59,236 nt of DNA, from positions 1 through 59,236 of IMG/VR virus record IMGVR_UViG_3300025102_006169; one strand, 5' to 3'. The translations under genes were made by a program, and so were the position numbers. Source of the stretch: a virus. Its lineage: Duplodnaviria; Caudoviricetes. Position 1 is the stretch's first letter, and each line of letters opens with the position of its first letter. Under the pieces are notes generated by a model that was not told the origin of the DNA, ran no database searches, and saw nothing but the letters and a program-made list of their open reading frames with translations. This document shows positions 21,001 to 29,000 of the stretch, piece by piece.

Positions 21001-22254
21001 CTCATCCAAAGAAGCAGATAATGCAGCTTGGCCACGGAGATTAGTGGTGATTTCGTCGATCGCAAGAGCGTATGCATTACCAGACGGCGCTGTTATCAGG
21101 GCTCCAATGTGGGCTTTAAGTGATCCAGTAACAGAAGCGATCGTGGCCTGATTAAAGGTCTGTTCTCTCAGTTTAATACCGTCCATGTAAGAAATAACAT
21201 GCAAGTTAGGTTGTAAAGCACCGACGGGGTTCGATATCTGCTTCGTCCTGAAAGAGAAGGCATAGTGGTGCCAATTTCCATCTGCCACAGAAGAGGTTGT
21301 AACCGTTGATACCCCTTCAAAAAGATCAATGTCCGCTACTTTCGTACCCGCAACGACTCCCGTTGCGTCGATAGGAGGACCAGCGACATGAGCGCGTAGT
21401 GGGCCTGCTCCAAGGTCTGAGATTGTTGACCCCGAGAAAAAGATAAGCAACCGACCATAGTCGGGGTTGGGCTGATAAGCGCCATTAGTCTCAGCGTTAA
21501 GGCTCGATGTTGCATGGCTGTTCCACAGGTCAAAAATAACCTCTTTGCCGCTATTAGCTAATGTCTCACCAGTGCCGCCTGCAAAGGAGGGAAACCCTGC
21601 CAAAGAGTCGGCATTCTTTTTCATCCAGAACTCTACCGTAACACCCTTACTCTCCAAGTCACACTGTAGATTGGATTCTCTAGAGCCGACCCTACCAAAG
21701 TCTAGTGTCCCGGCAGTGCCATAAATGTCTGTATCATAATAATTAGAACTAGTAAAGGTGGTATGTATCTCGCCAGTCGGCATACCAGAGGAAGCTGTAT
21801 TGGGGCCTCCCGTAATTCTAATGAAATCGGCGTTGGTGACTTTAGCCCAGCTCGAATCCTGTACTCCCCATGAGCCGGCGGAACGATTGAGGCTAGATCC
21901 AAGCTCAATGTATCCTGTGGTTTTTGGATACAAATTGTCATAGATGTAAAGGTCTAAAAAGTTTGATTCATTTAAGAAGCGAGTCTTCTCTTCATCAGAG
22001 CCATCATAAGGATATTCACCCGTGATCCTTGAAACAGAATCTTCATAATAAGATTTAGCAGATCCGTAAGTAACAAAGTTTTTTGGCTTACTAAAATCAA
22101 ACTGTGGAACAAACCGATTTACTCTTTTGATTTGCTCTCTAACATTGGCTGCGGACTCTAGTTCTGGTGAGTTCTCGACAACCTCTTGCTCTAGGCTGGT
22201 TTTTTGAAGAACAACATTTTGCTTATTAGAATCAAATAGCTTTTTAATACTCAT
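12055..22254 (-). CDS. giant baseplate/tail protein with LamG (concanavalin A-like) domain(s), 3399 aa
   Basis: LamG motifs TVEFWMK, DGNWHHYAFSF, SYMDG, LDEFRYW, VYYKFNEG; second degenerate copy near QKWNFAIR/ISSLKYY; IYKSKGTEKSFRNLM resembles the KGT motif of P2 gpI/T4 gp7-type wedge proteins. Confidence 0.65.
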   Translation of the reverse strand: MSIKKLFDSNKQNVVLQKTSLEQEVVENSPELESAANVREQIKRVNRFVPQFDFSKPKNFVTYGSAKSYYEDSVSRITGEYPYDGSDEEKTRFLNESNFLDLYIYDNLYPKTTGYIELGSSLNRSAGSWGVQDSSWAKVTNADFIRITGGPNTASSGMPTGEIHTTFTSSNYYDTDIYGTAGTLDFGRVGSRESNLQCDLESKGVTVEFWMKKNADSLAGFPSFAGGTGETLANSGKEVIFDLWNSHATSSLNAETNGAYQPNPDYGRLLIFFSGSTISDLGAGPLRAHVAGPPIDATGVVAGTKVADIDLFEGVSTVTTSSVADGNWHHYAFSFRTKQISNPVGALQPNLHVISYMDGIKLREQTFNQATIASVTGSLKAHIGALITAPSGNAYALAIDEITTNLRGQAALSASLDEFRYWKCERTEKEIQQNYFTTVNGGTNTNIANAELGVYYKFNEGITGDTATDRIVLDYSGRISNGVWNNYQGSTTRNTGSAIVSSSAATFEKEDPIIYGSHPDVKTLFDELSLSGSIYDNENNSSIVDLIPAWMVEEDELQGTQQIKKLTQIIGSYFDTLNAQIKALPDLKDNTYISSSSKPTPFMRNLLSSRGLMVPEIFVDATLLELFANRSETENYKLDINEVKNLIYKNIYNNLSHIYKSKGTEKSFRNLMHCYGIGDDIVRFNAYSNNTTFKLEDTHRQTVVRKNYVDFNHPTRFDGTVYMQSASNSDDDPSNFLNRVTGSTGVPAYTFEAEVIFPKKVEFSNPEYFDTPFLSSSLFGYQANVTTRTDEYDTRLGKGLGMRVFAVRPSVDSKDAKFVVIGGTSSTPDAGFFILETKTYSNVYDNQKWNFAIRNIKTGFDEGLAYSAGGGGGQEFVDVSGSAGAGTSGTGNKVEFVGFNVEAGVLKNKFFETTVGHNIQSNFHFGSKRFFIGADRTDLTGSVRHFADTKISSLKYYSTDVSDSAILAHALDPENVGTLHPLKQAIPPYGTEVIFSEDQTHIPFDPTPVPSFVRLPSLDTLFFHWDYSQVTGSNASGEFVVLDATSGSFHDGFQTANRRMQRDVFKVYYNGNGRAIGTKMQYCGRGFFPNARNSNDVISKEYVQAFKQNLPEAVNTADAVNVLSRDDDLYPRDAAISQTYFAFEKSVYGIVSQEILKFFATIVDFNDLIGDVVHKYRTNNKSMRFARELFFDKIQNDPDLDKFIDYYKWIDSSLSIFLQQLVPASADVTDEIRNVIEDHILTRSKYRHKMPMLDTKTFDGLPVGTVKAGNKFGGTYLKSSMKGVEELNYNWRYGHHPIGKNESHDLYWRERALRSETILGTHHSVDVIRQKINDIVLSFNSASADELNSNGTATGIYDGSTYALRKFARTTKLTADISSDIGGGYNYPRNQKPDAVFPLLNPANGAAFRLKPSPVADIREEEIRPVIKQTKRAIPAIYDTLTDLPPAIRGAKNLSPVTFFSSSASPSAGFGTHVFVKDENVHPEANAYLTNNDVIPDNQEIAGFHNDSYGPDYEVPMQGPFTNQHVGGNRHRHTDLNEGSDAGGPSGRAEAFRFNRNNARTTFGPGDMDEFGFIPFSNRSTRPNYRRDETAKRPVNIKNIQHRTSSAKQNTIAAGNFDKRYEFVQTTSRTVNNAAFTKAEGERNNFTISVAGADEVGYIDHVTDYAKPERRRTEHVIVSRFSAPGSPETAGDNRGGPGLDFEAAEVSPYNNLNYRNTTVRDPLRSLLTEKSERFGLKSGSSDSDVDVTSDYELNVTASFHKINRNRLRRIELQSTLTNANPALTASTFDNFFVQHPIPRSDFQYAWITGSLQTTVQPVLGYFPQDGLVSTGTGLISAINFVTASDFGAGLTDGSRRSDHENDTYDAGSLVRTDFAGLNTTIIEPISASNFTIGYPLTADVYNYYNYGDIGSFALNTVNMGSFIQRIGAPPSDKQPDILPNLIQHRQGPYGYPTWKQIRVGQGQLARYYRKNNLYTHTLTNPPEITVKVNGGTQQVRGKFGTTLLVSQSAVTSKFMPLIYDVKYKAGRRKDGTVVIRDGIIKTSFGNQIVTIEDETLLNALNLKYEPGDLSYKQILKMYRDGGTQDPSSPIQKVNSLTYKEIIFPSSKNMYTSEVRKRNNFENDFWRDSRADRTLKGIAKKPRNPAGVSVNQSSWALDPLVKFETRGDNNLPPVEQTGSHNDPERRAGVLQNDYVHFHRQSDGDASSANSVTVAGLGPLYARKQSFAATASVIAPWGLDVTADVNSFSHIGLAKAAGVTDGSSDQAFSVDGFFTGEAAFDANRMAGKFTGSAATPEFKFIERQPFYDTYDEFSDDIRVKYKDHSIIPEFRITDFLKFYRNKGDFLAENPRFLQIVGVDSGSNVPQNSDENNFFTTFTNSDFMKYFEVVRSDHENMAEPDSLTLKCSAVKKFIPYDGFYPAERTVQISEEFITSLSGTITHVTGANMNTPAGLRPLVQPVFAPGVLYNTIKSGLAVDYPILTGSLSGSGPNPAFYKQFYVAEETVVNAGSYGIFSNSQFTAAETIQGGGSFRSDHELGWDFRVPFESLIEPENYLANLNIQDEEPNPLAMVDSMINWSGQNTDVYKQMMNNFLSETVNFFMSDGGLTKIRSKTQKDFKAVTPGQPYGMRVKMWRSMDKSKIPSGSWGAFPLPQNTREILHKDGDINPYNGATASYASYPVDVSARETLTMYSRPSAFGPPIGLVGAAGVSGVADNLFGGTAAASTFAENHEFAPQNGVFSTHTPPYYDGECWYDIIFWPRGLKTTAINAAAVNGLNTFMVTFGQDPEAPNTPFQPTLDEMFSEPSPGLFFDISASTVGGSAASLKNGTPLAGSFRRKWRFDQEELLRHPKGSHWTRIEAMSGDGTSGDVVIGPAVGKYVNKWSMQLDASVNIFRKSSESEGNTGLDQDRAWEIQTKFECPILDFGYINNLSAFPTTTDSGPANATIPLGMWHQFGRLPQGDEGVYLQVTDIPEMWLANHPSASLIDDLPGINNTGLVSRSPYISGNRQGRIAAMQKYYNGYSVPVKSNNDTSAIGVADAGRNYSNVDGDDSVRIPKIQSLIDVCGFSTEPQRVGELRDTKQMSEGIVAVPFIEDQGERKFFRIMGPTNPNYETLAGASVKRQVDLMSKYVMPPFFDFLNNPGQVAPVAMYIFDFTHTFTKNDLQHMWQNLAPELTVKFDRAQESVTHRLYDNELLGSLTRLTDAATKTPNNVIVKRTVMPEKLQWMVFKVKQRAFSDYLQFTDNRERTMPKYTSNWPYDFCSMIELAKIGAEVEFRSSGKDRSFDLPPPAAPGQEPPNVDPPVHERPPFLGEPSTGPQGETNTAGIQDTTLNLGAGAGGLSAQQGVNTSSDMITSNLLTGGRIGGSGNTGMLQGGTTVSDQDTTTPAGTGRGALTTGAETP

Positions 22255-22271
22255 ACTAAACTCTGTCCTAA

Positions 22272-23798
22272 TTAATCAACTTTGAATTTGAAAGTTTCTG
22301 TCTGTTCAACATAATCTCCAATATCTTCGTTGTAGAACGCTAAATTTATTCCGTATCTGTATCCGGGCTCAAGCATTGCCATGTCTAAATCAAAATAAGA
22401 ACCTGATTGGTCGTAGGACAAGAATGTATGCTTATTACTGCCGGTGCCGTATGGAATAACTTTTAACTCATCTATCACTCTAAAGATCTGGAACGAGCCG
22501 CTTTCTACCAGATTTAACTCTGGTTCCGCAACGGCCTTAGTATAAATAGTTGGTGACCAATCTTTTTTGCGAGTGTAAATTCTGAATCTGGCAGTTTCAC
22601 TTTTACCGTATGTATTTCTGAGATTAGTCACATTTACATGAAAATCGTTTGATGGCGCAATTGTAGAAACATTTATAGTTTTTGGATTAATTGAACCTGT
22701 AACGAATTGAGTTGCTGTGTCGGATGCTTGTGTTACATTGCTAGCTAATTGGAACCATACATCATGTATTCTTGTTAAAGGTGTGGCTGCTGCTGTAAGT
22801 GCAAAAGAAGCCTTATAAATGCCAGTTGAAACATGTGAGCCTGTTATAACTTTGGGAGTAGCAGCCAAAACATGTGTGCCATCAACCACCAAATCTATAG
22901 AGTCAGTTGTTGGGCCACCGACACCATGTTCGTATAAACTAACCCCAATGTTTCCGGTTCCAATTGCTGGTATGTTCCTGAGCCGGCCTCGGAAATAATT
23001 GTATAAGAAAATAGTATTTAGGTTTTCTTCGCCTGTGGCCAACGAGCTACTGTAGAATGTATTGCCTCGATCGTCTTCGATCGACGAGTTCCAGCGTGCT
23101 TCGATGTGTGGTCTCTTAAAGAAAAACTCTGTTCCGCGAGCAAAAAACTTCTTTGTATAATAAGATCTTTCTGCTGTTTCAAAAGCGTTAGATATAAAAA
23201 CTCCCACTCCGTTATCTTCTTTGTGTCCTAACACATTACCATCACTGTTAACAAATTGCTCAACAAGGGTTGTTATGTCCAGATCAATGTCTTCAGTGCC
23301 GCTTTCAAAAGATGCTGTGAATGATGAAGATAAGTCAGTATAATAATCACCGCCTGCTGTGGACCAAAGTACATTTGTTTGTCTTTCAAAGAAATTTGAC
23401 CGACCTATGTCCCTGTATTCCTCCATGTCAAGTCCAGTACCTTCATTCCAAGAACCTGAAATTGCCGAGACATCCATCGTAAAAGATGTTGGTAAAGTCT
23501 GTCCATGAGGGGCATTAAACATTCTTAAGAAAAAACTAACACTACCGCTCGCTGGAATGATACCTGCATCACGATCGGCTTTAATTGAGTTCGTAGAAGC
23601 CGAGGTTTCAAATTCAATCAAAACCCTAGAAACCTCCGAGGTCAGGCCTGAACTACTTGAGTTCTGTCCGTAGATTGAAAATACCTCTAAAATGTCAGAG
23701 GCGCCCATGTTAGATCCAGAACCTCTAGTGCTCAGATTTTCCCTGAAGGCGTTCGTTATAGTATTGTCTGCTTTTGCAAAGTATCTTTTAATAGCCAT
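22272..23798 (-). CDS. virion protein with DNRLRE/disaggregatase-related-like domain (508 aa)
   Basis: Motifs SRVLIEF, WNEGTG, WSTAGGDY, DITTLVEQF, KKFFARGT..RPHIE; directly after the baseplate wedge gene. Confidence 0.5.
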   Translation of the reverse strand: MAIKRYFAKADNTITNAFRENLSTRGSGSNMGASDILEVFSIYGQNSSSSGLTSEVSRVLIEFETSASTNSIKADRDAGIIPASGSVSFFLRMFNAPHGQTLPTSFTMDVSAISGSWNEGTGLDMEEYRDIGRSNFFERQTNVLWSTAGGDYYTDLSSSFTASFESGTEDIDLDITTLVEQFVNSDGNVLGHKEDNGVGVFISNAFETAERSYYTKKFFARGTEFFFKRPHIEARWNSSIEDDRGNTFYSSSLATGEENLNTIFLYNYFRGRLRNIPAIGTGNIGVSLYEHGVGGPTTDSIDLVVDGTHVLAATPKVITGSHVSTGIYKASFALTAAATPLTRIHDVWFQLASNVTQASDTATQFVTGSINPKTINVSTIAPSNDFHVNVTNLRNTYGKSETARFRIYTRKKDWSPTIYTKAVAEPELNLVESGSFQIFRVIDELKVIPYGTGSNKHTFLSYDQSGSYFDLDMAMLEPGYRYGINLAFYNEDIGDYVEQTETFKFKVD

Positions 23799-25594
23799 TA
23801 TTTTACGGAGCCTTTAATGTCAGCATTTGGAAATTTAATTTCTAAAATAACATTGTCGGGGACCGACAGGTATCTCCCGTCAAGAGACATAAACTTTTCA
23901 ATGTTTAGGGATGAATTGGAATAGTTACCTGAGCTTTTATTAACTAGTTTGACATGAACTGTATCAACAACTCCTCGAACCTTGTTAAGTTCGGTATAAA
24001 TGTCTGTTAGGTAGAATCTCTCGCCAATAAACATTGTTGTGTCTTGGTATTTATTTCTTAGAGCGGTGATAGCGTTGTCTAATACCTCGAACCTATTAAC
24101 ATCATCATTTGCCACAATGTCAAATTCTATGCCAACATTAACTATCTTGGCATCAAGAATATCAACAGTGTCATTAATCATACGGTATCTGTTAAGATGT
24201 ATTTTTAAATTATCTTTTAAAGCCGAGTTGCTTCTTATTAGTTGCCCTCTTGAGTTTTCAGAAATAATAAACATGTTTAAGTTTCTTTTTAATGAGTCTT
24301 TATCTCTAATCACTCTACACCGTTTAATTGCTCCAAGATGAGATGGCATTGCATAAGCAATGGCCTCATAGTCTGTTGCAGTAACTGCTCTATTCTGGGT
24401 GGGAAAGACATTCATGGCTTGCATACGAATTTCTTCTATTGAAGGATCTCTAACTGCACCTACTATTGGTTGTTCATTTGAACACTCAAGAGTTGCTATT
24501 GTATCTCTAGCTGTCGCAGTGAAAGTTACTTCTGGGTCATTGAATTCAAATAATGGCCGGACGATACTTGTTACCGAGTTGACAGCAGCGTTTGCATTGG
24601 AGGTATTATTCTTGCGATAAGTAATTGTCAAGGTTGTGTTAGCAGGTCCTATACCTAATTTGTCAGTTCCTAAAATGTCAGTTGGATCAAAGGATGTATC
24701 GGTAACATAATCTTTTGCGTGCCTCTGTAGTACAACCGAGGAAGGATCTGCAAGTCCGGGTTTACTAATTTCGTTCTCGGATCCGAAACCAAACTGCAAG
24801 GCCATTCCAGAAAAATCTTTTCTGGTGGTAAATCGTCGAGCCGCAACAAACGGTCTAAGCAAGGAAGGCGCATTATCTCTAGTGTTGCTATCTGTGTTTG
24901 GTATTGATTTATAAACAACATCCTGTGTTAAAAATTCTACTTCAAAGTATTCTCTACCATTCGAATCAAAAACACTGATGATTTCTACAACATTGGGATC
25001 TGCAATCCTGACCTCTTTAAATTTTTGGAACTTTCCTATGGTTACTTCTTCGACGCCATATTGTCCTGACACCACCTGTCCTTGCGCTTTAATAGCATAA
25101 CTAGATGGGTTACCAGTAGTTTCATTAATCCTGCCAGCAACAACGTGATTGTTGGGATCATCAAAGCGAACATCCTCAGTTAAGATGTAACTATTATCTC
25201 CACCAGAAACAATAGTCCCTCGCTTGATAATTGGCATGTACGCTGGGTCAGGACCAAGTGCTGTTGTGTTAGTTGGGACAAGAGCATAAAATGATACAAT
25301 TCCAGTTGTAGATGCAGGCCCTTGGTATTTGTAGCCCATAGTTTCGGCCATTCTTAGAATGTTTTCGTACTCAGCGGCTGAATCAATGAATGATTCGTTT
25401 ACCTGATAATCTAAGTAAAATGACATGATGTCGCCAACGTAAGCAACAGTGTCCAACATCAAAGCTCCAAAAGAAGCTTCACTAAAATCTTTGAATGTAT
25501 TAGGATAGTACCGGCGAGCGTAGTTAACCAAGTCATCCCTAATTGACTCAAAGTCTCTACTCGTATAATCTATTGGTACATTTCTTTTGGCCAT
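23798..25594 (-). CDS. baseplate wedge subunit (T4 gp6 / baseplate J-like)
   Basis: IDYTSRDFESIRDDL..Y..TFKDFSEASFGALMLDTVAYVGDIMSFYLD and QNRAVTATDYE are hallmark gp6/J motifs. Confidence 0.9.
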   Translation of the reverse strand: MAKRNVPIDYTSRDFESIRDDLVNYARRYYPNTFKDFSEASFGALMLDTVAYVGDIMSFYLDYQVNESFIDSAAEYENILRMAETMGYKYQGPASTTGIVSFYALVPTNTTALGPDPAYMPIIKRGTIVSGGDNSYILTEDVRFDDPNNHVVAGRINETTGNPSSYAIKAQGQVVSGQYGVEEVTIGKFQKFKEVRIADPNVVEIISVFDSNGREYFEVEFLTQDVVYKSIPNTDSNTRDNAPSLLRPFVAARRFTTRKDFSGMALQFGFGSENEISKPGLADPSSVVLQRHAKDYVTDTSFDPTDILGTDKLGIGPANTTLTITYRKNNTSNANAAVNSVTSIVRPLFEFNDPEVTFTATARDTIATLECSNEQPIVGAVRDPSIEEIRMQAMNVFPTQNRAVTATDYEAIAYAMPSHLGAIKRCRVIRDKDSLKRNLNMFIISENSRGQLIRSNSALKDNLKIHLNRYRMINDTVDILDAKIVNVGIEFDIVANDDVNRFEVLDNAITALRNKYQDTTMFIGERFYLTDIYTELNKVRGVVDTVHVKLVNKSSGNYSNSSLNIEKFMSLDGRYLSVPDNVILEIKFPNADIKGSVK

Positions 25595-25613
25595 TCTAAA
25601 TTGTCTCCACTTA

Positions 25614-25621
25614 TAAATAGT
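25614..25621 (-). promoter_or_regulatory. candidate late-promoter motif ACTATTTA
   Basis: Intergenic, ~20 nt before ATG 25594, followed by GGAG RBS. Confidence 0.4.
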
Positions 25622-25633
25622 GTTTCACATTAT

Positions 25634-26032
25634 TTAAATGCTTACGGGTATTGTTAAAAACAGATCAGTCTGACTAATCGCTGGTATGTTGTACCTAATC
25701 TCCAAAACTAGCGCACTCATATCTATGTCGCCATTTCCGTAAGTAGGGGATCTTACAGATACATTTTTTAAATCAACAAATGGAACATAACGGCGCACTT
25801 GACTACGAACTCTACCTTCAAGGACACCAATAAGATCAGATGTATTTTGTTCAAATAGTAGCCGACGAATACCTACACCAAATTCTGGCTCCATGATTCG
25901 CTCGCCCGGACTAGTCAAAACAACAGTTTTAATGTTTTGTTGTGCAAATGATTCGATCTCCCTATTAAGACCATAAGCCCCATCAATCGGGTCTATCCGT
26001 AATGGTAATGCTACTGAAATTCCTTGTGCCAT
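25634..26032 (-). CDS. baseplate wedge protein, GPW/gp25 family
   Basis: NIKTVVLTSPGERIMEPEFGVGIRRLLFE matches the gp25 T..GER...PEFG motif; 132 aa; AGGAGG RBS. Confidence 0.9.
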   Translation of the reverse strand: MAQGISVALPLRIDPIDGAYGLNREIESFAQQNIKTVVLTSPGERIMEPEFGVGIRRLLFEQNTSDLIGVLEGRVRSQVRRYVPFVDLKNVSVRSPTYGNGDIDMSALVLEIRYNIPAISQTDLFLTIPVSI

Positions 26033-26042
26033 GAATTACCTC

Positions 26043-29000
26043 CTAATCGTCACACTCGTCGCCTAAGCTATCAAACGGCCTGTTAAAGATTCTTCTACCT
26101 CTCTGCCACCAACGTAACCCATCTTCGAAGTTGACACGGGGACGGATGGCATCTCTAATAGATGTCGGACGGTCTGGGTACCCGTATTTATTTTCGTGTG
26201 TAAAGTCGATTGCCTGTGATGCTTCATAAATGACTGTAAAGACATCTCTCGCTGCTTGTTTTGATTTTTTGAATGCATTTGGTCCTCGTACCCATTTTCT
26301 AAATTTCTTACCATGATTTCCACCCGGCATCTCCCAAAGGTCACCGCCCTTACTTGGGAACCCACTATTGCCTATTGAAGCAAAAAAGCCCATAGTACTA
26401 TAAATAGCCATCAAAGAGTTAAATGTGGAGAGTGGGAAAAGGTATTCAAAGAAAAACTTATACTCTTGCTTTTCAATCAATTCTTCTATCAAACAATAAA
26501 CATCATAAGAGTCAGGATCAAAAAGATCGTATTCTTGGTCGGGTATGTCTAGTTCGGCGCTTGCAATTGGAATAACAAATCTGTCTCCATTTGGAGACTT
26601 CACCTTGAATGCTTTCTCATTCATAACAGACTCTTTAGATACTTCTGCTAGCGAACCTACAAAAGCATCAATGTTTGGATCGTCTGGATGTGGTATGTAA
26701 TTAATTCTTAGCCCAAACTTCCAACCAATAATTGGTATGTTATGTCTGTGGGTTTCTTCATCTCCAAGCAGTGATTCTTTCTGTAAGACTCCATCAATAA
26801 TCTCATGATAATGAACGTGGCCATTTGCACTAACATGTTCTGACGTTCTGCCGTTACCATTTTCATCTATTTCATATTCATGAGTATGATCTTCGATTTT
26901 TTCAGTTTCACCAGACAAAGCTGGATTACCCCATAAATCTGAGATCATACCTTTCAGTCCTTCAGATTTTTTCTGTTTTACATAACTATCCCAATCTGAA
27001 ATGTTTACTACATTATAAAGGTTCTCTGGACGGTCGCGTACTTCTGTAGGTGGACTATCTTTTTCTATTATCTTAATGTATTTTTCTAATACAAAAGGCC
27101 AAGCTTGAAGCCTGTCTTCAAAAGCGTTAGATAAAACATCTCCAAATTGAGAGCCTGCTTTTTTAAAAACTTCTTTCATTTTGTTGATGGCAGGCGTGGT
27201 GACTATGTTTTCAGATACAAAAGTATCTGGATCTGTCGGATCCGACATAACGTCTAGAGGTCCTTCGCCAAATACTCCTCCGCGTATCCAATTTTCGTTT
27301 AACAGAAACAGATGATTAATATTGTCGATTGATGGCGGAATTCTTTGATTAAAGTCATTTTTTATAACTTCAAATTCCTCTCTAATAAATCTTTTAAGAA
27401 TAATCAGCGCATCTTCTTCATTTTGTCTAATCATTTTTTCAAAAGCCGCTTTTTTAGCAATTTTAGCTGCTGTCTTGCTAAATTTGGCGCTACCAGAACC
27501 AATGTTTACAGTTCTTGAACTAGCCTTTGGTGAAATAGCTCGTTGTATAATACTTTGACCAGAGATCGCCGCATTAGACAGCGCCGCCAGTTTACCATCA
27601 TTTCTTGTATAAAATCTATCCACTGATTGTATGATATTATTTAAGGCTACAAACTCTTCTTGTGACCAATCATCACTAACTTCATCTACTTTAATCAAAC
27701 CAGCATCGGCCTTTCTGACTATGGTATTTACACACTGCTCTAAGAATCTGTGATAGAACTCCTCGTCTTGAGTCCCGGTAGCAGGTGTTCCGTCTGTTAG
27801 TAAGCCTTGTCGCATTCTTTCAGCTACGAATGTTTGTAACAGCCCATCATAATTTGCATCTGATAAACCAAACTGTGTAAACACTGGTACTGCTCTCAAA
27901 AATACATCCAAGACATAAATTCTGATAATTGCTCTAATTGCTCCATCAATCTTACCAGCGTCAGATGCAGACATTATTCTGTCAAAAGGTGATTCTTGAG
28001 CACATAAGGGATCAAACTCAAGACGATAGTCTTCTAGCAATTCTGTGCCTAGTTGTGCTGATTGCTGGGCTAGCGGTTTTAAGTCCAGCAGGTGTCTTCT
28101 AGCTGGCTCACAACCATCTACCTCTGGGACTAAAGCCTGTGCGATGTCCATCCACCCGGCGTATCTTTGTTCTTGCACATAGAAGGGTGGTGGAACTTTA
28201 TCAGGAAAAAGTTTTCCAAGTACACCACCATAGGTTTCATTGTCTAAATAAATTATGTCAGGCTCTTTGAACGGATCGTACCCAAAAAGAAATCCGGGGG
28301 CGATGTATTCTAACCCTATCTGTTCATGATTTTTTTGTTCTCTTTTGTTCTGTCCCTCCAGAACATCAGGTTGCAAGAAACTATCAGATGGCTCATCCTC
28401 AGAATCTGTTTCAGGGGATAAATCTACCCGGCCCGTAGAGATGATGTTGGCAATTCTTTTTAAGAAAGAACCACTTATCACATCGAAATTAGAATCGGAA
28501 AAGTATCTTCTAAGACGATTTTTGTCGCCTTCAGTTAAGTTTTTATCGGTTGCATCTGTTATAATTCTTTCAAAATATCTAAAAATGTGTTCTATCTGGT
28601 ACGAGTCTTTGATCTCGTCGGAAACTTCCAAAGTATCAATAAATTGTTGTAGTTCTATGGTCCGACTGCTAGGCAACTCCAAATCATAACTTGTAAAACT
28701 ATAATCTCCCTCGTCTAAAAGAGATTTCGGCGGAACATCAGATCCCTGTTTTTTGAGTTGTCTTCGCAATTGGGCGCCGCCGCCACTTGGAGATCTATGT
28801 GTTTCTACCACTTTTACTCGATAATTGTTATCAGGTAGTAAGTTACCATCGTCATCAAAAAGGTTATAATCATACTGAAGACTAAACTCAAAATTTGGTG
28901 TCGCATCTTCGGCTTCGTCTTTGTATGTTTTAAAATCAAGTTGTATGTCAGCAGATGATGTGTCAGGTAGATCTAACAATCGTGCTTTTTCGCCATAAAA

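Noticed and set aside
25612-25619. Canonical T4 late promoter TATAAATA on the plus strand
   Set aside because: It points away from all genes; reinterpreted as the reverse-complement motif ACTATTTA on the coding strand.
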